Assembly (NCBI RefSeq): GCF_006345805.1
Contig: NW_021833937.1
Span: 1 to 57,328, forward strand
Direction: 5' to 3'
DNA length: 57,328 nucleotides
Source of the DNA: Octopus sinensis
Lineage: Eukaryota
Shown: positions 13,317 to 24,490 of the stretch, piece by piece
How the letters are laid out: each line of letters begins with the position of its first letter
Position numbering within the stretch: the first letter of the stretch is position 1
Notes under the pieces: generated by a model
What the model was told of the DNA's origin: nothing
The model's database searches: none
The model's input: only the letters and a program-made list of their open reading frames with translations
Program-made: the position numbers and the translations under genes

Positions 13317-14592
13317 GGAAGCACTCCGTCGGTTACGACGACAAGGGTTCCGGTTGATCCGAATCAACAGAACAGCCTGCTCGTGAAATTAACGTGTAAG
13401 TGGCTGAGCACTCCACAGACACGTGTAGTACCCTTAACGTAGTTCTCGGGGATATTCAGCGTGACACAGAGAGTGACAAGGCCAGCCTTTTGAAATGGAA
13501 GCACTCCGTCGTTTACGACGACGAGGGTTCCGGTTGATCCGAATCAACGGAACAGCCTGCTCGTGAAATTAACGTGTAAGTGGCTGAGCACTCCACAGAC
13601 ACGTGCACCCTTAACGTAGTTCTCGGGGATATTCAGCGTGACACAGAGAGTGACAAGGCCAGCCCTTTGAAATGGAAGCACTCCATCGGTTACGACGACG
13701 AGGGTTCCGGTTGATCCGAATCAACAGAACAGCCTGCTCGTGAAATTAACGTGTAAGTGGCTGAGCACTCCACAGACACGTGCACCCTTAACGTAGTTCT
13801 CGGGGATATTCAGCGTGACACAGAGAGTGACAAGGCCGGCCCCTCGAAATGGAAGCACTCCGTCGGTTACGACGACGAGGGTTCCAGTTGATCCGAATCA
13901 ACGGAACAGCCTGCTCAAGAAATTAACGTGTAAGTGGCTGAGCACTCCACAGACACGTGTACCCTTAACGTAGTTCTCAGGGATATTCAGCGTGACACAG
14001 AGAGTGACAAGGCCGGGCCCTCGAAATGGAAGCACTCCGTCTGTTACGACGACGAGGGTTCCAGTTGATCCGAATCAACGGAACAGCCTGCTCGAGAAAT
14101 TAACGTGTAAGTGGCTGAGCACTCCACAGACACGTGTACCTTTAATGTAGTTCTTGGGGATATTCAGCGTGACACAGAGAGTGACAAGGCCGGCCCTTTG
14201 AAATGGAAGCACTCCGTCTGTTACGACGACGAGGGTTCCGGTTGATCCGAATCAACGGAACAGCCTGCTCGTGAAATTAACGTGTAAGTGGCTGAGCACT
14301 CCACAGACACGTGTAGTACCCTTAACGTAGTTCTCAGGGAGATTCAGCGTGACACAGAGAGTGACAAGGCCGGCCCTTTGAAATACAGGTACAACAGAAA
14401 CAGGAAGTAAGAGTGAGAGAAATTTGTGGTGAAAGAGTACAGCAGGGATCACCACCATCCCCTACCGGAACCTCGTAGAGCTCTTAGGTGTTTTCGCTCA
14501 ATAAACACTCACAATGCCTGGTCTGGGAATCGAAACCGCGATCCTATGACCGCGAGTCCACTGCCCTAACCACTGGGCCATTGCGCCTCCAC
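13317..14592 (-). mobile_element. SINE B with 6 tandem ~177-bp 3' segments and a 13-bp TSD
   Basis: GACAAACAGCAGT at 13304-13316 and 14593-14605; unit starts near 13317, 13497, 13674, 13850, 14027, 14205. Confidence 0.9.
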
Positions 14593-14789
14593 GACAAACA
14601 GCAGTATTGCATTGTGAACTAGGATTTGTTACAAACAGCAATATTCCACTTCAAAGTAGGAATCAACTGAATATCTTTGAATATATTTCTGTACATCCTG
14701 TGACAAACAGCAATATTGCACTCTAAACTAGGATTTAACCTTTACAAACAGTAATATTTCACTTGAAGTAGGAAACGACCTTTCATGGG

Positions 14790-15330
14790 CAAAATGTTCA
14801 TAGAAACATAAGCTTCTTCTTCTTCTTCATGATTTGGGAACCAGACCAAATGTGAACCCTTTTGTTGCACAATGTGTCTCCATCTTTCCTTTAACTTGAA
14901 AACACCCTCTTCCCAGAATTCAGGTGGTTTCATGGCAAAGAATTCATCAAGGTATCTTTTTACATCATCCAAGGAATTGAAATTTTCACCATTAAGACTA
15001 TTCTGCAGAGACCTGAATAAGTGGAAATCTGAAGGAGCAATATCTGGTGAATATGGAGGGTGGGATAACACATCCCAGCCGAGCTGCAGCAATTTTTGTC
15101 TGGTTCCCAAAGCATCAAGTGCCGAAAATGAACTTTCTTATCTTCCATTTTAAAGGGTTACAGAATTAACACAGGTTATAGGAACATAAACCTTCTTTCA
15201 CGAAAAGATAGCTTAAACTGTGCTCTAAATGGAGGTGTAGTCAAATCCTATTTTATGGACTCAACCATGTTCTAAAATAAGTCGATAGATAAGCTGCTAT
15301 AAATCGGCAAGAACTTTCCGGACAACCCAA
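14790..15330 (-). mobile_element. Internally deleted mariner element
   Basis: TIR TTGGGTTGTCCGGAAAGT at 15313-15330 with flanking TA. Transposase N-terminus MEDKKVHFRHLMLWE is joined directly to the C-terminal LLQLGWDVLSHPPYSPDIAPSDFHLFRSLQN (YSPDLAP-D motif). Confidence 0.9.
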
Positions 15331-15560
15331 TATATATATATTCTTTTTCTTGTTTCATTCATTTGACTGTGGCCATGCTGGAGCACCACCCTTAGTCGAG
15401 GAAATCGACACCAGACTTACTTTTGTAAGCCTAGTACTTATTCTATCGGTCTCTTTTGCCGAACCGCTAAGTTACGGGGACGTAAACACACCAGCATCGT
15501 TTGTCAAGCAATGTTGCGGGGACAAGCACAGACACACAAACACACACACATATATATATA

Positions 15561-15880
15561 TCAAGTGCCGAAAATGAACTTTCTTAACCTCCATTTTAAA
15601 AGGTTACAGAATCAACACAGGTTATAGGAACATAAACCTTCTTCCACGAAAAGATAGCTTAAACTGTGCTCTAAATGGAGGTGTAGTCAAATCCTATTTT
15701 ATGGACTCAACCATCTTCTAGAATAAGTCGAAAGGTAAGCTGCTGTAAATCGGCACAAACTTTCCAGACGACCCAGCCAAGCTGCAGCAATTTTTGTCTG
15801 GTTCCCAAAGCATCAAGTGCCGAAAATGGACTTTCTTATCTTCCATTTGAAAGGGTTACAGAACTTTCCAGACGACCCAA
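15561..15880 (-). mobile_element. Rearranged duplicate fragments of the same mariner 5' region
   Basis: Near-identical to 15075-15322 in two pieces. Confidence 0.8.
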
Positions 15881-17744
15881 TGTATGGTTTTTTTGGGGGG
15901 GGTGGGGGGTATTTATTTTAAGAGTTTTTCAAATCTGGCATCAGAACGGCAGCTAACCTGCTGTGGAATGGTAAAAATGTTGCAAGAGTCAGCACCGAAG
16001 GCACAGGGTGAGTAAAACTAGAGACGCTGCTGTAACTGTAGACGCAGATGGTGGAGCAAAACAAACAGCAGACGTCAAAGAAATACACACATGCACACAC
16101 ACGAGCACACGTACACACATACACACGTGCACATGTACACATACATGCACACACACGTGCACACGTACACATATACATGCACACACACGTACACACATAC
16201 ACATATACATGCACACACACACATACACACACTTGCACACACAGTCAATGGGAGCACTATCGTTTATCTTTTGCTTGCTTTAGCCATTGTGTTGCGCCAT
16301 GCTGGAGCACCGCCTTGAACGCTTGCGTCAAACAAATCGGCCGCTGCCTCAATACTTTAAACTGTAGACTTCTCTTAAGGAACTTGCAAAGTCAGACGGA
16401 CGTAAACAAACCAATACCAGACATGGCAGCACAAACAAGCACACGTGCGCACACACATACTCTACTCTTTGCTCTCTTTTACTGGTTTCAGTCATTTGAC
16501 TGCGGCCATGCTGGAGCACCGCCTTTAATCGATCAAATCGACCCCGGGACTTATTCTTTTGTAAGCCCAGTACTTATTCTATCGGTCTCTTTTGCCGAAC
16601 CGCTAAGTAACGGGGACGTAAACACACCAGCATCGGTTGTCAGGCAATGCTAGGGGGACAAACACAGACACACACACATACACATATATATATATATATA
16701 TACATATATACGACGGGCTTCTTTCAGTTTCCGTCTACCAAATCCACTCACAAGGCTTTGGTCGGCCCGGGGCTATAGCAGAAGACACTTGCCCAAGATG
16801 CCACGCAGTGGGACTGAACCCAGAACCATGTGGTTGGTAAACAAGCTACTTACTGCACAGCCACTCCTACGCCTATACATCCTTTTCTATTATTAAAGCT
16901 GTTAAAACATCACAAAAAACTGCTACTCAGAGTTTCGCAACTGCCCAACGACCGGGAACATGAAACTCTTCAGAGTGGTTTTTTGTGATGGTTTTGCAGC
17001 TTTAATAATAGGGGTTAGGGTTAGGGGTGGGGGGAAGGGTATCTTTTTTCTCATAAATAACAGTGACAAACTGATATGACACCACATCGACAAACAACCG
17101 CAGAAATTGTATTCACCTCAATAGACGTCATTGATTGGTTGAAATTGCCGAAATGCAAGAAATTAAACAAGAAATAGCTTACAAACTACAGAATTTTCTC
17201 AATAGAGCCAAGAGAAAAGATGTTTTATAAACACATTCTACCAGTATACGAAGTTTAAAAGTGCTTAGTTACAAAGAAATTATTTTAAAAATCTGCCGGT
17301 CAAAGTGAAAAGATCCCATATTACTCTACCTCTGGTATTTGGGTAATATTTTTTGCCACCTAGTTCTGCATCTATATATTTACTCATGTATATATATATT
17401 CCTTCAGTTTCTGTCTGCCAAATCCACTCACAAGGGTTTGGTCAGTGGCGGGGTTAAAGAATACGCACACCCTAAACCCTAAACTGGGTGTATGTATTCT
17501 TTACCTTCGCCTTTGTTGTCCAGGGGCTATTAGAGAATTCCCTTGCCGAAAGGGCCACGTAGTAGGACTGAGCCCGGAACCATTTGGTTAGGAAGGTAAC
17601 TTCTTACAACATAGCCACGTCTGCGCCATATCAAACTTGTTTCCTCTCTGGACCACTTTCTAAGACACAAAGTTACCAACACATTATTATAACTATTACC
17701 ACCAACATAACCATCATTCAGATCCGTCTTAAGGTATAAGCAGA

Positions 17745-17940
17745 GATATAGCGGTATTTCGTCTGCCGTTACGTTGTGAGTTCAAATTCCGTCGAGGTCG
17801 ACTTTACCTTTCATTCTTTCGGGGTCGATAAATTAAGTACCAGTTACGCACTGGGGTCGATGTAATTGACTTAATACCTATGTCTGTCCTTCTTTGCCTT
17901 CTCTATGTTTAGCCCCTTGTGGGTAATAAAGAAATAGGTA
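17745..17940 (+). mobile_element. SINE family C (GAGTTCAAATTCC B-box-like; ...tagccccttgtggg tail)
   Basis: Recurrent ~185-bp module; other copies near 560-620, 985-1075, 20760-20825, 46665-46880, 52895-52965. Confidence 0.75.
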
Positions 17941-18394
17941 TAAGCACAGAAGACCATCGATTTAGAGGCTACTTGGATATACACTCCTAGCCATTGGATG
18001 TTTAAACAAATATTTTTATGATTAAAATTGAATTTAAAAAAGTTGTTAAAATAGTTTATGTATAACTATTGCTGATAATTTCGTTTTGGGATTTGGTTTG
18101 AAAGATTCTTTATGTGAGTTCGTGTGTTGAAGCATATTCTGTTGTGTCTGGGGAGAGTCATTTTCGTTGCGTCATGCAACCTTTTCAATAGTCTTGACGA
18201 AAAATTTTAGGGAAATAAAAATAAGAAATAAGTGGAAATTTTACCGGTGAGTGTGTTAAATTATGAGGCACAAAAAGAAAATTACTCTCCCCAGACACAA
18301 CAGAATATTGCAGATAAATTTAAACAAAATCTGATATGGATCCACAGAGGGTCGTGCGGACCCCCTGTTGAGGACCCCGTTTTGGGGTTAATAA

Positions 18395-18950
18395 ATACCT
18401 ATTTCTTTATTAACCACAAGGGGCTAAACACAGAGAAGGCAAACAAGGACAGACATAGGTATTCAGTCGATTACATCGACCCCAGTGCGTAACTGGTACT
18501 TAATTTATCGACCTCGAAAGGATGAAAGGCAAAGTCGACCTCGGCGGAATTTGAACTCAGAACGTAACGACAGACGAAATACCTATTTCTTTATTACCCA
18601 CAAGGGGCTAAACACAGAGGGGACAAACAGGGACAGACATAGGTATTAAGTCGATTATATCGTCCTCCAGTGCGAAACTGGTACTTAATTTATCGACCCC
18701 GAAAGGATGAAAGGCAAAGTCGACCTCGGCGGAATTTGAACTCAGAACGTAACGACAGACTAAATACCTATTTCTTTATTACCCACAAGGGGCTAAACAC
18801 AGAGGGGACAAACAGGGACAGACATAGGTATTAAGTCGATTATATCGTCCTCCAGTGCGAAACTGGTACTTAATTTATCGACCCCGAAAGGATGAAAGGC
18901 AAAGTCGACCTCGGCGGAATTTGAACTCAGAACGTAACGGCAGACGTTAA
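18395..18950 (-). repeat. 3 tandem copies of the SINE C ~184-bp module
   Basis: Units joined at gaaatacc|tatttc. Confidence 0.85.
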
Positions 18951-19084
18951 TAAATACCACAAGGACCAGTGCATTGACTAGTGCGGTTGCCATAGTGATG
19001 TTAAAACGGCCCTCTCACTATCACAACTCTCTTTTCTATTATAACTTTTACCACAGCTATGATTTCCGTATGGTCGATATTGCC

Positions 19085-20100
19085 TCTATCACCACCACCA
19101 CCATAAATGTCTGCGCCGTCACCGCCATCACAATCAAAGCATTCATCACTACCATCACCACCACCACCACCATAAATGTCTGCGCCGTCACCGCCATCAC
19201 AATCAAAGCATTCATCACTACCACCACCACCATACATGTCTGCGCCGTCACCGCCATCACAATCAAAGCATTCATCACTACCACCACCACCACCACCACC
19301 ATAAATGTCTGCGCCGCCGTCGCCATCACTATCAAAGCATTCATCACTACCACCACCACCACCACCACCATAAATGTCTGCGCTGTCACCGCCATCACTA
19401 TCAAAGCATTCATCACCACCACCACCACCATACATGTCTGCGCCGTCACCGCCATCACAATCAAAGCATTCATCACTACCACCACCACCACCACCACCAT
19501 AAATGTCTGCGCCGTCACCGCCATCACAATCAAAGCATTCATCACCACCACCACCACCACCACCATAAATGTCTGCGCTGTCACCGCCATCACAATCAAA
19601 GCATTCATCACCACCACCACCACCATACATGTCTGCGCCGTCACCGCCATCACAATCAAAGCATTCATCACCACCACCACCACCATACATGTCTGCGCCG
19701 TCACCGCCATCACAATCAAAGCATTCATCACCACCACCACCATACATGTCTGCGCCGTCAACCGCCATCACAATCAAAGCATTCATCACCACCACCACCA
19801 CCATACATGTCTGCGCCGTCACCGCCATCACAATCAAAGCATTCATCACTACCACCACCACCACCACCATAAATGTCTGCGCCGCCGTCGCCATCACTAT
19901 CAAAGCATTCATCACTACCATCACCACCACCACCACCATAAATGTGTACGCCGTCACCGCCATCACAATCAAAGCATTCATCACCACCACCACCACCATA
20001 ACTGTGTACGCCGCCGTCACCATCACTATCAAAGCATTCACCACCACCATAAATGTGTACGCCGTCACCGCCATCACAATCAAAGCATTCATCATCACCG
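19085..20100. repeat. Minisatellite of about 57-69 bp units with variable (ACC)n
   Basis: About 15 copies of (acc)n-ataaatgtctgcgccgtcaccgccatcacaatcaaagcattcatcact. Confidence 0.9.
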
Positions 20101-20467
20101 CCGCCGCCACCACCATCACTCTTATAGCTCCCGCCATCCCCTCCTACTACCATCACAATGCCAAAGCCTCCCACCACCACGTTATCTCTTCATACTGCCT
20201 GTCCTCCTTTCACCACTACGTCACCACAGTTATTTCATCACCTCCCACCACCAAATACAATCACCAGCTCTGCTGCTACCACGGCTATAACTTCTACTTC
20301 CACCGCCACTCCTTCAGTGTTCTCTATCGCCGAGAAACGGGTGGATTGCTTTGACAACTGAGGGACGGGTGGTTGGTTTCAGTGACTCGGGCGAAGGGGT
20401 GATCGTGGCGATGCATAGCTAGATACACACACACACTCACACATACGTATATATATATATATATACG

Positions 20468-20518
<51 letters not shown>

Positions 20519-22126
20519 GAATGTCATCGGGGTGGCTAGTATATATTTCATTCTAATATCGTGTAAAGGGGTGGTTGTGGTGATGAGGGTAGGTACGTAA
20601 AAACACACACACACACACATATATAAGCTCCCACACGTATAAATCGGGGTGGATGATGTAATGCGTGTATATATATAATACAACATACACATATATATAC
20701 ATATATATATATTATATGTGTGTGTTTTTTCTATTTCTAAGATCATATATATATATTTATTTACTACCCACAAGGGGCTGAACACAGAGGGGACAAACAA
20801 GGACAGGCAAAAGGGTTAGATCGATCATATATAGAGCGGAGGTGGTAATATATATACGTACAAATATTGTTATACACACCCCCAGGCAGTAATATACACA
20901 CACACGCATACACATGTATAAATACACACACACTAACAACAGCTAGTTGTTTTTCCTATCAGATATCAGTGGACAACACACACACACACACACACAACAC
21001 GTATATATGATATAGGTCTATGATGTGTGAATGTGTGTGTGTGTGTATATACACAATGTTGTAGAGCGGGTTGTCGTTATGTAAGAACAGCCTTGAGTTT
21101 ACGCTATCACTCGCATTAACCCTATTCACCCTGAAACTATTTTTATTTTTTATTGTTATTAACACACACAGACACACACAAACAAACAAATATATAAATA
21201 CACACACACACACACACATATATATACATACATATATATATCTATATATCTCACGCACACACACACACAAACAAATATATAAATACACACACACATACAT
21301 ATATACATACAAACATATATATATCTCACGTACACACACACTCACAAACAAATATATAAATACACACACACTCATATATATATATATCTATATGTCACAC
21401 GCGCACAGACACAGCAATCACCACAAAAACCACCAGTCACACATGAGACCACAAGCAATTTACGAAGGACGGCCTCAGACCTCTCTCTGGCCATTCAATT
21501 CTATTTCTTCTTTGTCTATTTTTTAAAGAAATCAAAAATATAAAAAAAAGTTGTTGGTGGGCAGTGCTGGAACAATTACTGTTTAGTTACAGCGACGCAG
21601 GGTTCGAATCTGAGCTGTCCACCACCTGTACTCCGGGCCCCTTCCAAGTGCTCCCGCCAGGAAATAATTACGCCATGTGTCTCTGTATCAGGGAGTTCGC
21701 CCCTACCAGAAATTAAACGGACCTGTTTTTTCTAGAGGCGAACGAATATTTTGAATGCTGGCGGTAAATAGTGAGAAGTATATTGTGTCTGTGGTCCACG
21801 GATGTTATTGTTAATTCAAGGAGTGGACTTATGATCAATCGACTGGCCAGACCTTTCTTTAATAAACCTACACGAAGCCATAACACCTATGAAAGTCGAC
21901 TCACCCTCTTTACAACGAAGGGCCTAAAGACAGAAAAATAAAGGACCTTTAAAATCAACACCTGACCCTTTATTTTCTTCTTCTATCATCGGTCCCATTA
22001 ACAGCCGATACTAAAGGTAATAACAGGATCTCCAGCTCACCCAGCTATACTGAGAACTAATTTTTGTTTTGAATCAACAACGAAATACCATAATCTCCTG
22101 GAAATCCGTTGTTTCCCCCCTCCACT

Positions 22127-22487
22127 ATGCTCCTGGGTCTGTATTTCCAGACCCGGGTTCTGCTATTACTGTCCCTAATTGCTATTGTCGGTTCTCAGTT
22201 CCCGCAACCCCCACCTTATTGGGAGATCTGGTCCTCGGCGTTAACCGCAATTCGGAACAAGACTTTCTTGTCGAAAGAAGCCAGTTACCTCGAAACTGTT
22301 TACAATGAGTTCGAACCCAGCTTCGGCGCGCCCGGACCGAGTAAGGTTCTTCTGGAGAGAGCAGAGAGGCTGTCTTCGATTGATATTTGTGAGATGTTGG
22401 CCTCTTTGGGGATCAATACGAAGTGCTGCGCCCATACGGGAATGATTTTCTCTTCCGTCGCCAAGAAAGAAACTTGGGCTTTACAGA
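22127..22487 (+). CDS. NRF-6/OACYL-like O-acyltransferase, coding exon 1 (signal peptide + start of NRF domain)
   Basis: ATG at 22127 (MLLGLYFQTRVLLLLSLIAIVGS, hydrophobic signal-like). Ends ...KETWALQ+A at donor gtaagt 22488. The phase-1 A joins TG of exon 2 to give the family motif WALQMLDSFGK. An earlier non-coding exon cannot be excluded. Confidence 0.88.
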
Positions 22488-22542
22488 GTAAGTACACGTT
22501 TTTTTTTTATCCACACACACGTGTATATATATATATATTATA

Positions 22543-22598
<56 letters not shown>

Positions 22599-23017
22599 AG
22601 ATATATTCTTTTACTGTTTCAGTCATTTGACTGCGGCCATGCTGGAGCACCGCCTTTAGTCGAGCAAATCGACCCCGGGACTTATTCTTTTGTAAGCCCA
22701 GTACTTATTCTATCGGTCTCTCTTTTGCCGAACCGCTAGGTGACGGGGACGTAAACACACCAGCATCGGTTGTCAAGCGATGCTAGGGGGGACAAACACA
22801 GACACATAAACACACACACACATACATACATATAGATATATATATATATATACATATATACGACGGGCTTCTTTCAGTTTCCGTCTACCAAATCCACTCA
22901 CAGGGCTTTGGTCGGCCCGAGGCTATAGCAGAAGACACTTGCCCAAGGTACCATGCAGTGGGACTGAACCCAGAACCATGTGGTTGGGAAGCAAGCTATT
23001 TACCACCAGCCACTATG

Positions 23018-23074
<57 letters not shown>

Positions 23075-23396
23075 TTTGGATTAACTGGTGCTAGAGTGAG
23101 CCATATAGTGACCACTCTCTTATATTTATTTTGTAAAAATTTATAATATGTTTATAAAATATTATAATAATCCAGGTTTCTCGGAGCACTAGGCCACTTG
23201 GTGTTGAATAGATTACTATTAAATTAGTATCTATTTCTCTCACCTTATTAATTAATTATATATATATATATATCTATAATTTCACAATTGAGGGTAAAAT
23301 TAATTATTAATCAATTTCACCCAAGTATTCAGTATGCAAAGGACCATTTAAGGCGAATTCAAATTATTACATTATATAATATATACATTATATAAT

Positions 23397-23468
<72 letters not shown>

Positions 23469-23705
23469 AGTACAAAGTAAGTTAAGGGTTATGAGTGTAA
23501 CCCACTATGGGATATCAGTTATCCAATATACTGCTGGTACCCAAATTCTTAATACATAAATGCTTATAATTGCAATGCAATTACTTCATTTATTGTATCG
23601 AATGGGTGAAAGTAAAGAAATATTTTTACCGTAAATTCATAAAACAAATAAGGAAATGGAGAAACAAATTAATTCCGTTCATCAACTTACGGATATTGCA
23701 ATCTC

Positions 23706-24490
23706 AACATCTTTTCGGTTTGAACGACAGTTTTTTTCTAGCGGTGTCATATGAAATTGTCACCCATAATTATGGCCCAAGTATCGATCTATTGCATTTC
23801 AATCTGTTTTAGGGTTAGGGTTAGAGTTGGAGGGAAGGGTATCTTTTTTTCTTCAGAAATGTAAATAAACCCAATCTGTTTCTTAAACGAGGGACATATT
23901 CATACGGCACAGAATGTTTTTTTTTTTTACCTCAATGGTGGAAGCACTCCGACGATCAACGGAACAGCCTGCTCGTGAAATTAACGTGTAAGTGGCTGAG
24001 CACTCCACAGACACGTGTACCCTTAACGTAGTTCTCGGGGATATTCAGCATGACACAGAGAGTGACAAGGCCGGCCCCTTTGAAATACAGGTACAACAGA
24101 AACAGGAAGTAAGAGTGAGAGAAAGTTGTGGTGAAAGAGTACAGCAGGGATCACCACCATCCCCTGCCGGAGCCTCGTGGAGCTTTTCGGTGTTTTCGCT
24201 CAATAAACACTCACAACGCCTGGTCTGGGAATCGAAACCGCGATACTATGACCGTGAGTCCGCTGCCCTAACCACTGGGCCATTGCGCCTCCATTTACCT
24301 CAAAAGGTCATTGATTGGTTGAAATTGCAGTAAAAAAAACAACAAATATCTTACAAACTATAGAATTTTCTCAATAAAACCAAGAGAAAAATATGTTTCA
24401 TAAACACATTCTACCAGTATACGAAGTTTTAAAGTGTTTAGTTACGTGGAAATTATTTTTTAAAAACTGCCGTTCAAACCGAAAAGATCC
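23706..24490. mobile_element. TIR element containing short TTAGGG repeats, interrupted by a SINE
   Basis: About 28-bp TIR ATCTTTTCGGTTTGAACG(A/G)CAGTTTTT at both ends. A partial second copy lies at about 17010-17318. Confidence 0.7.

Noticed and set aside
18974-20354. Long ORFs (up to 438 aa) on both strands, with Thr-rich, His-rich or Gly/Asp/Cys-rich readings
   Set aside because: They arise from a stop-poor minisatellite. Several frames are open simultaneously, a 1-bp insertion near 19760 swaps frames, and there is no splice or start context.
23811-23830. TTAGGG telomere-like repeats (also near 17015)
   Set aside because: Only 2-3 units, internal to a dispersed TIR element.
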